Assembly (NCBI GenBank): GCA_038851325.1
Contig: JAWCKZ010000004.1
Span: 5,160 to 69,159 of the forward strand
From: Candidatus Bilamarchaeaceae archaeon
GTDB lineage: Archaea > Micrarchaeota > Micrarchaeia > Anstonellales > Bilamarchaeaceae
DNA: 64,000 nucleotides
Direction of reading: 5' to 3'
Shown here: positions 27,943 through 37,742 of the stretch, in pieces
Position numbering within the stretch: the stretch's first letter is position 1
Layout of the letters: every line of letters starts with the position of its first letter
The notes under the pieces: generated by a model
What the model was told of the DNA's origin: nothing
The model's input: the letters and a program-made list of their open reading frames with translations, nothing else
Databases searched by the model: none
Made by a program: the position numbers and the translations under genes

Positions 27943-28701
27943 ATGAAGATATTGAAGATAGGCGGAAGTCTTATCGCACCGAAAAGTAGCGACAAACCGC
28001 TCTTTCAGAAGGATGTTATGGATGAAATAGCTGCTGCTCTATCCAGCTATGTAGCAAAGAATAAGCAACTCGTCATAGTTCACGGCGCAGGCTCCTTTGG
28101 TCACTTGCTTGTAAAGAAAGCAGGATTTTCTGGAATAAAAACAAAGGAAGACGAAAAAAACGCTGCAGAGATACATGCGTCCTGCAGACAACTTTCAAAA
28201 AATGTTATTAATTCTCTTGCTGAGAAAGGCATACAGGTAACATACATCGATCCTTCAAAGGTAATCGTTCAAAGAGGAGGGAGGATAACTCGTTTCGACA
28301 CCTCTGAAATAGAATCACAACTCGCAAAAAGGATAATCCCTGTTCTTCACGGGGACATTGTACCCGATGAGATTTTCGGCGCATCTGTTTGCTCTGGCGA
28401 CCAGATAGTAGCATGGTTAGCAAAGAAAGCAGATGCAGTTGTATTTGCAACAGACGTAGACGGTGTACTCGATAAGAATGGCAATATCATTAAGATGATA
28501 AACAAAAAGAACGTAAGGGTTGCTTTGAAGCATATAAGCGGTGCAAGGAATGATGTCACAGGGGGCATGCGTGGAAAGGTGTTGGAGATTCTAAAAAGCA
28601 ACGTGCCGACGTGGATAGTAAATGGAAGGCACCCCGAGCGTATCGTAGAGGCGCTATCTGGAAAGCAAACCGTTGGTACCCTTATTGCTCCAGACAAATA
28701 A
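27943..28701 (+). CDS. ipk: Isopentenyl phosphate kinase (amino-acid-kinase family)
   Basis: MKILKIGGSLI ... VHGAGSFGH ... characteristic of archaeal IPK in the alternative mevalonate pathway. Confidence 0.85.
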   Translation: MKILKIGGSLIAPKSSDKPLFQKDVMDEIAAALSSYVAKNKQLVIVHGAGSFGHLLVKKAGFSGIKTKEDEKNAAEIHASCRQLSKNVINSLAEKGIQVTYIDPSKVIVQRGGRITRFDTSEIESQLAKRIIPVLHGDIVPDEIFGASVCSGDQIVAWLAKKADAVVFATDVDGVLDKNGNIIKMINKKNVRVALKHISGARNDVTGGMRGKVLEILKSNVPTWIVNGRHPERIVEALSGKQTVGTLIAPDK

Positions 28702-28749
28702 GTTTAAACAGTCAAACAGGTTTTACGCTGCGTGCAATAAAATATAAGG

Positions 28750-29391
28750 TTATTCGAATCGAAGAAGAAACGTAGTTCTATGAAGGCGCTTTCCTTCTTT
28801 CATTCCTACGAGTTTTCTTGTCATTTTAGTTCTCAAACCAAGTTCTGTCAATACCTCCATCACTGCCTTACTGCTGCCAACATAAAGGTCTACACCCTCT
28901 TTTTTCTCCTCTGTTTTAGAGATGAATGTGCTCTTCTTCAACATTGTGGTCAAAATCCTTTCGTATCTTGTGACCATGCTTTCTTTTCCACGCAGCTGGA
29001 TTATCGCTTCGTAATAACCGCCGGCCTTCTTAGAGCACTCTGGGCATACGCTCTTTATTTTTTTTAAAGTAAGCGGCTTGCTTATCTCAATCTCCGCCCC
29101 ATCTTTTTTTATCCTAAAAACTACAGTTTGGTGTTCAACTTCGTATCTCGCACTTGTAAAATCTCCCCGTATCTTGCTGACAGCAAATTCTTCGATTTTT
29201 TTTCTGTTATAGGGCATCCATTCCCCTTTAAGGCGCATCCTTCCGCATCTCGCACACACAGCAAGTTCAATGCACTCAGGAAGCCGCACACTATAGGGGT
29301 AGCAATCTATACAGAATGCTTCTATGAACTTTACCTCGCTACTCTTCCTTCCACATTTCGGACAGACTATCATCATAAAGCTAATCTTCAA
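28750..29391 (-). CDS. NMD3-family zinc-binding protein (ribosomal large-subunit export/maturation factor homolog)
   Basis: Four CxxC pairs, with the last followed by YYEAIIQLRG, which matches the NMD3 signature. Confidence 0.55.
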   Translation of the reverse strand: MKISFMMIVCPKCGRKSSEVKFIEAFCIDCYPYSVRLPECIELAVCARCGRMRLKGEWMPYNRKKIEEFAVSKIRGDFTSARYEVEHQTVVFRIKKDGAEIEISKPLTLKKIKSVCPECSKKAGGYYEAIIQLRGKESMVTRYERILTTMLKKSTFISKTEEKKEGVDLYVGSSKAVMEVLTELGLRTKMTRKLVGMKEGKRLHRTTFLLRFE

Positions 29392-29423
29392 GAGATTTTT
29401 AAAGATGATAGTCGAATATTTCT

Positions 29424-31218
29424 CATGGAAAAATCGGGAACAACCGAAACGGTAGGAAAAGAAGAAGGAAACCCGAACCTAAAGCGAGCGGTTAATCTAA
29501 CAAACTACTTCGTGTCCCTTCCCCCTCTTCCAATTATCGTTGTCTCCATGATTGCAATCGCCCTTATTTTCGGTATTGTTCTAAATCTACCTCCGTCGAG
29601 CGACTTTTTAAAAAACTTATTGCTCGATAGCGCGATGTTACTTCTTTTTCCAGCTGTTCTAACTTCTGTCGTCATTAAAATGTTAATTAGAAAGGTGCCA
29701 TTCAAAAGGATACTTGCGACAGCCGCCGTCGGAGAAGTGATATATGGACTTGCCTACGTCGTCTCATCGTTTGTCTTTAATATAAATCCACTATATGGCG
29801 AAATGATTCTCTTCATCGGTGCCGCGATTGTTTTTGTTATGTGGTATCTTGTAGCTAGACTCATCTTCGTGTTGAAATATCGTGCGTTTCTTTTTGCGAT
29901 TCTTCAACTTCTCTTCTACCTTCTTTTCTTTTTTAACTCGAAACTGCCAAAATTCGTAGAAGCACCAGCAGTAAGTGTGGTCGCACGCACATATATCGCA
30001 TCATTCATTCTTCTCGGTGCCATGTATGTATTTTTTTACATCATAAATGCACCTATGAAAAAGACATTTGGAGTCACAAGCACAGATGTGTTCTCCCTTT
30101 TCATAAATCAGTGGATTTATAAAAAGAAAGACCTTGAAAGCGCATTCGAGCGCGTTGGAGAGAGCGCAAAAACGCTGCTAGGAATTGCTGGCTTCGAGAG
30201 AAAAAATGACACTGTGCTGTTTATAGTTCCACACGTACATTTCGGGCCTTTTGGTAATCTTGGTGGCAGCGAATTCTCTTTCCTCATAGCAGAGGAGATA
30301 ACAAAAAAATATCCGAACACACATGTGTTTGTCTTCCATGCCCCGGTAACACATGATCTCAACCCAACCTCATCTTCTGAGATAAACAAAATCACGGAAG
30401 CAGTGGAGAAAACACTTCGAAGAGCAGAATATAGAAATGAAACGGTCGCGTTGAGCCGGGGGAAAAGTGAGGAGTGCTTAGCAGAAGCGCTTATCTTTGG
30501 AAGGGACGCGTTCATAGGTGTGAGCAGAGCGCCTCATGTCACAGAGGATATAAATTTTGGCCTTGGACTCTCTATGCTTCTTAAGGCTGAGAAGTACATG
30601 GATAGAGCAATTATCGTTGACCAACACAACGCAGAAACTGGAGAGATAACGAGTTTTGAACCCGGTAGCGCCGTTGGATATAATTACATAAAGGCTATAG
30701 AAAAATCACTTACGAAAATACCAAAACAAACAAGGCTTAGGCTTGGTATTTCAGAAAAACATCCAGCATCCACAACGCTTGGAAGCGGAGGGATAAAGAT
30801 CGCAGTGTTCTCAACATCTCCACAATATGTAATTATACTTATGGATGCAAACGGTATTACTCCTGAATTTAAAAATCGGATAGAAAATGAAATAAGTACT
30901 CTTGGGAAATACGCAGTGGGTGTATTCACAACGGACACACACCAAATAAACACTATTAGAGGGGTTCTAAATCCAGCAAAAGAGGAGGCCGCAATAATCA
31001 ATGCGATAAAAGAAGGGGTCAAGGAGGCTGTTGCTGACATTCAAGAAGCTTCAGCATTTGTGGATAAAGAATGGTTTGATATAAAGGTGCTTGGTGCGAA
31101 ACATTCCATAGAGATAGTGAGCACGATCAATTCCATTGTTGCTGTAGCAAAGATAACTGCTCCTTTGATATTAATCGGGGCGGTTCTAGTTCTCCTGGCT
31201 ATCCTTTCGAAGGTTTAA
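29424..31218 (+). CDS. Polytopic membrane protein with a large C-terminal soluble domain (DUF2070-like)
   Basis: Start reassigned to avoid antisense overlap with the NMD3-like gene. About 7 N-terminal TM helices, then a roughly 330-aa soluble region, then a final TM. Confidence 0.45.
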
Positions 31219-31465
31219 AATAATATGGTGTTACAAATTACTATGTTTGCTCACAGACGCTCTTCCATTTCATCGCATTTGCTTCTCCTTCTTTTACTTC
31301 ATAAGCACAGGATTGTCTTAGGCTGGCAGGAGTGCTCACTTAGATCGCACGGTCTTGTCCTGTGTTTCACCGTATAATTTGTAATAGGCTCGACCAACAG
31401 TGACGATACATATTTAAATTGTTTTTTCTTTTATTTGTTTACACAAGCGAATAAAGGCAGGATGT

Positions 31466-32497
31466 ATGAAAAAGGCGGATTACCTTAAAACAAAAATCGA
31501 ACATATAGATATAACTTCGTTTGATGCGACGCCAGTTATAGAACAGTATTCGAAAACTGCATTCCAAGCACGCAATCTTGCAAGAGCGGCGAAGATATAC
31601 GACAGAATGCTTGCTGATAACGATTGCACTGTGATTCTTTGTATAGCTGGCTCTCTCGTCAGCGCTGGTCTGAAAAAGGTAATCTGCGACATGATCGAAT
31701 ATAACATGGCTGATGTAGTTGTAGCAACAGGCGCGAACGTTGTTGACCAAGACTTTTTTGAGGGGCTCGGTTTTCATCACTATCAAGGTACCCCGCGTGT
31801 TGATGACGATGACCTGTTCAGAAAGCATATAGATAGGATTTACGATACCTACATAGATGAGGACGAGCTTCGGATCTGCGATATGACCGTTGCAAAGATA
31901 GCCGACAGCATTGAGCCAAGACCATATTCATCAAGAGAGTTCATAGAGATAATGGGGAAATATCTCGATGAGTATAAAAAAGAATCTGTTTCATTTGTAA
32001 GAAACGCGTATAAAAAAGGCGTACCGATATTTGTTCCAGCCTTTTCAGACTGCAGTGCTGGGTTTGGCCTCGTTTACCACCAAATGAATCGCGGCGACAA
32101 ACCAAAGGTAACCATAGATTCAGCAAAGGATTTTCTTGAGCTAACAAAAATAAAAATTGCTGCTGGAGAGACTGGTCTCTTTATGCTTGGTGGCGGAGTG
32201 CCGAAAAACTTTGCGCAGGATGTTGTTGTTGCCGCAGACGTCCTTGGAAAGAATGTCCACATGCATAAATATGCTGTGCAGATTACAGTTGCTGATGAGC
32301 GCGATGGAGGGCTTTCAGGCTCAACGCTCAAGGAGGCTCATTCGTGGGGAAAGGTTGACGAAGGATTCGAACAGATGGTGTTTGCAGAGGTAACTCTAGC
32401 AGCGCCTCTTATCGTTAGCTACGCCTACCATAAAGGTAACTGGAAAAAACGGAGACCTAAAAATTTCAATTTGCTACTAAATACTAGGAGGATATAA
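31466..32497 (+). CDS. dys: Deoxyhypusine synthase
   Basis: Collinear DHS motifs (ILCIAGSLVSAGL ... VATGANVVDQD ... GGGVPKNF). Confidence 0.9.
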   Translation: MKKADYLKTKIEHIDITSFDATPVIEQYSKTAFQARNLARAAKIYDRMLADNDCTVILCIAGSLVSAGLKKVICDMIEYNMADVVVATGANVVDQDFFEGLGFHHYQGTPRVDDDDLFRKHIDRIYDTYIDEDELRICDMTVAKIADSIEPRPYSSREFIEIMGKYLDEYKKESVSFVRNAYKKGVPIFVPAFSDCSAGFGLVYHQMNRGDKPKVTIDSAKDFLELTKIKIAAGETGLFMLGGGVPKNFAQDVVVAADVLGKNVHMHKYAVQITVADERDGGLSGSTLKEAHSWGKVDEGFEQMVFAEVTLAAPLIVSYAYHKGNWKKRRPKNFNLLLNTRRI

Positions 32498-33040
32498 ATG
32501 GTGCCAACGAAAATGTTTTTTGTGAAGGGGGTTGGAGTCCACAAAGATCGGCTCGCGTCTTTTGAGCTTGCCCTCAGAGATGCCGGAATACAGATGTGCA
32601 ACCTTGTTTACGTCTCAAGCATCTTTCCACCTGGATGTAAGATAATCCCAAAGGACGAAGGGATAAAGTTACTCAAACCTGGTCAAATAGTTTATTGTGT
32701 TATGGCTAGAAATGAGACAAACGAGCCGAATAGACTCATAGCCGCCGCTGTTGGTCTCGCAGTTCCAAAGAACACAGATAACTACGGTTATCTCTCCGAG
32801 CATCATGCATTTGGCGAAACTGCTGCCAAGGCAGGAGAGTATGCTGAGGACCTTGCTGCAACAATGCTTGCCTCAACACTCGGCATCCCTTTTGACATAG
32901 AACAGGCATGGGATGAAAGAGAGCAAGTCTACAAGTCAAGTGGTCTTATCACAAAGACATCAAACATCTGCCAATCAGCGGAAGGAAATAAGAACGGCTT
33001 ATGGACAACGGTAATCGCAGCAGCAGTTTTGATAGAGTAA
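32498..33040 (+). CDS. pdaD: Pyruvoyl-dependent arginine decarboxylase
   Basis: [27 protein letters not shown] ... [10 protein letters not shown] is a near-canonical PdaD N-terminus including the self-cleavage serine region. Confidence 0.9.
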   Translation: MVPTKMFFVKGVGVHKDRLASFELALRDAGIQMCNLVYVSSIFPPGCKIIPKDEGIKLLKPGQIVYCVMARNETNEPNRLIAAAVGLAVPKNTDNYGYLSEHHAFGETAAKAGEYAEDLAATMLASTLGIPFDIEQAWDEREQVYKSSGLITKTSNICQSAEGNKNGLWTTVIAAAVLIE

Positions 33041-33053
33041 CCAAAACGATTTT

Positions 33054-33932
33054 ATGCTAAAAGTACCATTCAATTTCTGTGGTCTTCCAAAAGAGTATTC
33101 TGATTATTCCAAGGCAGCGATAGTTATACTCCAAGTGCCATTTGACAAAACATCCACTTGGGGGAAGGGGGCTGATAAAGGACCAAGGGCGATCATAGAT
33201 GCGTCAAGAAATCTAGAGCTGTACGATATCGAAACAGGAAGTGAGGTTTGCGAAAAAGGGATCGCAACCTTAAAGCCGATTTCGGCTGCGACAGTTGAAA
33301 AACTTGTGGATGCAACTTACAAAAGGGTACGAGAGCTGCTCGCTGATAAAAAATTTGTTGTCACGCTCGGGGGGGAACATTCGGTATCCATAGGACCGAT
33401 AAAGGCGCACGCAGAAGCCTTCAGGGACATTAGCATTCTGCATCTCGATGCTCACGGTGACAGACGCGATTTCTATATGGGCAGTAAGTATAATCATGCG
33501 TGCGTTATCGCACGAGTAAGAGAATTTACAGAAAACATCGTATCTGTTGGTATAAGAAGCATGGACTCAAGCGAACTTAAGTTGGTCGAACGAGATAAAA
33601 TTTTCTATGCGCACGAAATTTATAATTCAGAGGATTGGATTCCGAATGTTGTGGAAAAACTCACGGATAATGTGTACATCACAATAGACCTCGATGTTTT
33701 TGACCCATCTATAATGCCATCAACCGGAACACCAGAGCCAGGTGGCTTGGGTTGGTATCAGGTTGAGCACCTTCTCAAAGCAGTAACCGAGAGACGAAAC
33801 GTACTTGGATTTGATATCGTTGAACTCGCTCCAGTCAAAACAGATCGCGCGCCTGATTTTCTTGCTGCAAAGCTTGTATATAAGTTACTAAGTTATAAGT
33901 TTGCTCCGCATGCCAACCGCCCTGGACTATGA
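33054..33932 (+). CDS. speB: Agmatinase (arginase/ureohydrolase family)
   Basis: Mn-binding motifs GGEHS, DAHGD and DLDVFDPS. Confidence 0.9.
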   Translation: MLKVPFNFCGLPKEYSDYSKAAIVILQVPFDKTSTWGKGADKGPRAIIDASRNLELYDIETGSEVCEKGIATLKPISAATVEKLVDATYKRVRELLADKKFVVTLGGEHSVSIGPIKAHAEAFRDISILHLDAHGDRRDFYMGSKYNHACVIARVREFTENIVSVGIRSMDSSELKLVERDKIFYAHEIYNSEDWIPNVVEKLTDNVYITIDLDVFDPSIMPSTGTPEPGGLGWYQVEHLLKAVTERRNVLGFDIVELAPVKTDRAPDFLAAKLVYKLLSYKFAPHANRPGL

Positions 33933-33989
33933 GCCCTGTCCCTTACGATTTCTTCTTCCTTTTTAAATGTAATATACACTAAACAGTTC

Positions 33990-34610
33990 ATGGATGAACG
34001 CGGAATAGAAGACGCAATCGTCATGGACGAAAACACATTCAAGTCTCTCACTTCAGAGACAAGAACAGAGATATTGAAGTTGCTCAAGAAAAGAAATCAT
34101 ACGCTTTCAGAGATTGCAAAAGCACTTAAAATTTCGAAAACAACAGCAAAGGAGCATCTTGATATCCTTGTCGAAGGTAGGCTTGTAGAGCAGGTTCCTT
34201 CAACGAACATATGGAAATATTATACGCTTACGAAGGACGGAAAAAAGCTTGTTGGTGAGGAAGGGCCTAAAAGGGTTGTGATATTAATTGCAATGTGCAT
34301 CTTTGGCATTCTTTTGTCGTTCTACGGCGCATATGGGCTCACTGCACCAGATTTGGAAAAGCAAACAGGGGCAACCCACTTTTACACTGAGCGCGGCGGT
34401 GAAGAGAGCATTGCCCAGGTACAAGCGATGCAAACAGACGGAATGCAAACAGACGAAATCCCGGCACAAGAAGGTGAGTCTGTTGCTGAGTCTGTTGCTA
34501 AAATAGATAATAACAACATATCGGTTGTTGCACTTGTTTTAGGATTATCTATAATTATGGTTTCATTATTCACACTGCTAAAAAGAAATAAAGAACGGTC
34601 GATAGTATGA
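33990..34610 (+). CDS. Membrane-anchored winged-HTH (ArsR-like) transcriptional regulator
   Basis: N-terminal HTH (SETRTEILKLLKKRNHTLSEIAKAL), then two TM helices flanking an acidic extracytoplasmic loop with QTDGMQTDE repeats. Confidence 0.55.
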   Translation: MDERGIEDAIVMDENTFKSLTSETRTEILKLLKKRNHTLSEIAKALKISKTTAKEHLDILVEGRLVEQVPSTNIWKYYTLTKDGKKLVGEEGPKRVVILIAMCIFGILLSFYGAYGLTAPDLEKQTGATHFYTERGGEESIAQVQAMQTDGMQTDEIPAQEGESVAESVAKIDNNNISVVALVLGLSIIMVSLFTLLKRNKERSIV

Positions 34611-35149
34611 GTTGCTTCTGTCAAAGATTGCTCTTTGGAGTTTTGCTTTTGGGAGCGCTTTTCTTTTATGGATGTTTAGCCCAACAAGGCATGCCTCCTG
34701 TGGAAAATGAAACTCCAGTGTTTAATGAAACACCATCTAACAACGAGACAGAAAGTTCCGGCACCCCATATTGTAGCGCACTTGGAACGCGAAGTGAGGG
34801 GTGGTACATCAAAGGCAGATTGATTAAATATGCCAATTGCACTGGATGCACTGCTAGGTGTGAAGCCATAGGCACTCGCTCAGAAGGTTGGTATAGCTCT
34901 TGCGACGGTTCTCTGATTATGTGGGAGCAGTGTGCAGGAACACATCTGCCAGAAAGATTCTGCGGATGGTCTACTTATGGCTCCTGCTCTTCTGATTCTG
35001 ATTGCAAAGTTGGCGGCTGCTCCGGACAGGTCTGCCAATCAAAATACGAAGAGTCTGTTATCACAACATGTGAATATCGAGAGTGCTACAATGCACGGGC
35101 ATACGACCTGAGTTGCAAATGTATTGCCGGGCGGTGTCAGTGGAACTGA
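34607..35149 (+). CDS. Secreted cysteine-rich lipoprotein-like protein with an internal duplicated GTRSEGWY module
   Basis: ATGA-coupled to the regulator. Signal peptide with FYGC. Two copies of C-x-A-[LI]-GTRSEGWY, then a C-terminal 10-Cys cluster. Confidence 0.5.
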   Translation: MSCFCQRLLFGVLLLGALFFYGCLAQQGMPPVENETPVFNETPSNNETESSGTPYCSALGTRSEGWYIKGRLIKYANCTGCTARCEAIGTRSEGWYSSCDGSLIMWEQCAGTHLPERFCGWSTYGSCSSDSDCKVGGCSGQVCQSKYEESVITTCEYRECYNARAYDLSCKCIAGRCQWN

Positions 35150-35179
35150 TTTTATTCCTTTTCCTCCTTAATTTTTCTG

Positions 35180-36160
35180 ATGGTTGAAAAGCAGATGTGC
35201 GAAAATGACCTGAGCAACGAGGTACCAAAAGGCAAAAAATGTTCTCTGTGCAGCGGCTCTGCAGTCATCTTCCTGCCTTATGCCGACAAATATATGTGCA
35301 GAAAGCATTTTGTGCGGCATTTTGAGAAACGCTTCTTTGAAACAGTGCGCGAATTTGGGATGGTGAAGAAGGGCGAAACAGTTGCCCTTGGGCTTTCAGG
35401 TGGAAAGGACAGCACCACTCTTCTTTACATGCTGAGGAAATTAAAAACCAAGCTTCCATTCGACATCATTGCAATCACAATTGATCTTGGTATAGACTGC
35501 GAATATAACAAAAAAATAATACAGATAGCCGCAGAAACATGCAAACAGTTGGGAATTCGGCATTATATATTCCCATTAAAAAATGCTATCGGATACACCA
35601 TCGATGAGCTTGTTGTAAAAACCGGTACGCGCAATCCATGCAGCGAGTGCGGGATTGTTCGACGTTATCTACTCAACAGGTACGCACGTGAACTTGGGGC
35701 GAATAAGCTTGCAATAGCTCACACGCTCAACGACACGGCTGAAACAGTTCTTATGAATATCCTGAGAAATGAACCGCTGAGGCTCTTTAGATACAACGAA
35801 CACCTGATATCTAATGAACGGTTTGTTCCAAGAATAAAACCATTTTTGAAATCTCCTGAAAGCGAAGTAGTCACTTACGGACGACTGAAAGGGCTTCAAC
35901 TGCTTGAGAAAAAATGCTGCCCTTATTCCATCTACGCATTTAGAAAATTTATTAGGAAACAACTCGCTGAAATAGAGCAAAAGTACCCCGGTTCCATGTT
36001 TAAGATAGTTAATAGCTTTCTAAAACTACAGAAGATGTTCAAAAAGGAAAACACAATGAAATTGAGTATAAATCAGTGCAAAATCTGTGGAGAACCATGC
36101 GGAGGGGATGGGTGTAAATTTTGCCAACTTCTCGGTAGGCTCAATGACCAAACTAGGTGA
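35180..36160 (+). CDS. tRNA 2-thiolation PP-loop ATPase (TtuA/NcsA/Ctu1 family)
   Basis: PP-loop SGGKDS, N-terminal CxxC ... C zinc finger, and a C-terminal CxxC ... CxxC. Confidence 0.8.
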   Translation: MVEKQMCENDLSNEVPKGKKCSLCSGSAVIFLPYADKYMCRKHFVRHFEKRFFETVREFGMVKKGETVALGLSGGKDSTTLLYMLRKLKTKLPFDIIAITIDLGIDCEYNKKIIQIAAETCKQLGIRHYIFPLKNAIGYTIDELVVKTGTRNPCSECGIVRRYLLNRYARELGANKLAIAHTLNDTAETVLMNILRNEPLRLFRYNEHLISNERFVPRIKPFLKSPESEVVTYGRLKGLQLLEKKCCPYSIYAFRKFIRKQLAEIEQKYPGSMFKIVNSFLKLQKMFKKENTMKLSINQCKICGEPCGGDGCKFCQLLGRLNDQTR

Positions 36161-36172
36161 TCAAAATAGGGC

Positions 36173-37051
36173 CTAAAGGTGCATGCGCTCGATTCGGACA
36201 ACAATTCCCCTTCTTCTGCTCAGAATCTCATCCCGCCCAAATAGCGCCTTTCCCATACCGACGAACATTCCCGACTCTGAATAGAGCGCAACTATTTCGT
36301 TTTTCTCTATATCTTTCTCAACATCTTTCACCCCCGGGGCCATCAGCTGAGCACCGCTTTTTATGCTTTTGACAGCACTCTCACGCACGATTATCTTTCT
36401 TGCATCGATATAATCCTCGGGCTTTTTTATCAGCTCGAGCAGGGTTTCAGGTTTTCCTTTTTTATAAAGCCAAATTGCGTCTATAAGATCCTGAAGCGTC
36501 ACCGCCTCGTTCTCCGTTATCCTTCCAACTGCTATTCTACGTAGCTCCTCCATCCGTGCCCCGCCGCATTTTTTTCCAATATCCTCGCAAAGCGTTCGGA
36601 TGTACGTTCCTGCTTCCACCTCTACAGCAAACAGCACAAGATTATCCTTTCTCTCCAAAAAATCAAAATAGTAAACGGTTCGTTTTCGTGGAACTTTTCT
36701 TACGGCGCTTTCTTTTGGTGGCGTTTGTGTTATTACGCCTGTGAATTCCTTAAAAAGCTCTTTTATTCGCTCGTTTGTTATGCTCCTATCTTTGAATTTT
36801 ATAATGCCGACATACTTTTTTCGTTTTCCTGCTATGTAACCAATAAGCTTTGTCGCCTTGCCGATTGCAACTGGAAGGACCCCTGAAACCTCGGGATCAA
36901 GCGTTCCTGCATGTCCCGCCCGCTTTGCACCCAACAACTTTTTAACAAATGCTGTTATACCGTGGCTTACATGGCCACATGGTTTATCTATTATGATCAG
37001 CCCGTCTCCTATCATATCCCTCGCTCTTACGCATTGTATTTCACTCGACAA
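36173..37051 (-). CDS. cbf5: tRNA pseudouridine synthase Cbf5 (H/ACA RNP catalytic subunit, TruB family with PUA domain)
   Basis: Collinear with archaeal Cbf5 (KPCGHVSH ... AGHAGTLDPEVSGVLPVA ... EAGTYIRTL ... PUA). Apparent TTG start. The N-terminal about 40 aa present in other Cbf5 proteins are absent. Confidence 0.9.
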   Translation of the reverse strand: MSSEIQCVRARDMIGDGLIIIDKPCGHVSHGITAFVKKLLGAKRAGHAGTLDPEVSGVLPVAIGKATKLIGYIAGKRKKYVGIIKFKDRSITNERIKELFKEFTGVITQTPPKESAVRKVPRKRTVYYFDFLERKDNLVLFAVEVEAGTYIRTLCEDIGKKCGGARMEELRRIAVGRITENEAVTLQDLIDAIWLYKKGKPETLLELIKKPEDYIDARKIIVRESAVKSIKSGAQLMAPGVKDVEKDIEKNEIVALYSESGMFVGMGKALFGRDEILSRRRGIVVRIERMHL

Positions 37052-37196
37052 GTTTCAGATGACGAATTGCATATTTTCTTTCTTTACCTTTTGAGTCTGT
37101 TGCGAGTACATATGGTTCTATTACCTTCTTGACTGTGACCCTTTCCCCCTTCCGTCTTCCACATATCAATTCGCAAACACTTCCTCCTTTTATCAT
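37041..37196 (-). CDS. rpl14e: Ribosomal protein L14e (KOW-type), 51 aa
   Basis: Unlisted small ORF MIKGGSVCELICGRRKGERVTVKKVIEPYVLATDSKGKERKYAIRHLKLVE with KOW-like GRxxGxxxxV ... VL pattern. Its position between cmk and cbf5 matches conserved archaeal synteny. Coordinates are within about 1 nt. Confidence 0.5.
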   Translation of the reverse strand: MIKGGSVCELICGRRKGERVTVKKVIEPYVLATDSKGKERKYAIRHLKLVE

Positions 37197-37201
37197 ACAA
37201 A

Positions 37202-37738
37202 TCACCTGGTTTCCACGCAATTGCTTTTTCTCTGTTTCATTTTTATAATTTTAAGCGAATCCTTAAGAAGCTCTTCTGGCGGCTTTTTCCCGTCTAGCAC
37301 AGCATCAAATATACTCTCATCAGTTATATCTATCTTATAAAGAGAAAAATAACGCTTTCTGTTGCTCTCATCACGTTCTCTTACATGTTCTAGAGCGTCT
37401 TTAATCGACATTCCATCTCTTTTAGCTATTCTCTGAGCTCTTATTTCTAAAGGCACGTTTATCTTTATCTTTACGTCCGCGTTAACGATCCATGGTCCGA
37501 GCCAGGTAGTCACAACACAGTCTCCCTTCGTTGCCTCTTCCCTGAGCAAGCTGTCAAATTTTAAGTCTATGCTTTTGTCCTTCTCTGCTCTTCTCTGAAG
37601 ATCCATGAGTGAAATGCCCTCTTTCGCAGCAAGGTCTTTGAATGTTGGGCAGACAAGACGGTAACCAAGGCGTTTTGCGATCAGCGCACCCAGCGTGTTT
37701 TTTCCTGCCCCTGTTAGACCCCAAACAGCAATTATCAT
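37202..37738 (-). CDS. cmk: Cytidylate kinase (archaeal type)
   Basis: P-loop WGLTGAGKNT. Collinear with archaeal CMP kinases. Confidence 0.85.
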   Translation of the reverse strand: MIIAVWGLTGAGKNTLGALIAKRLGYRLVCPTFKDLAAKEGISLMDLQRRAEKDKSIDLKFDSLLREEATKGDCVVTTWLGPWIVNADVKIKINVPLEIRAQRIAKRDGMSIKDALEHVRERDESNRKRYFSLYKIDITDESIFDAVLDGKKPPEELLKDSLKIIKMKQRKSNCVETR

Positions 37739-37742
37739 CCTC

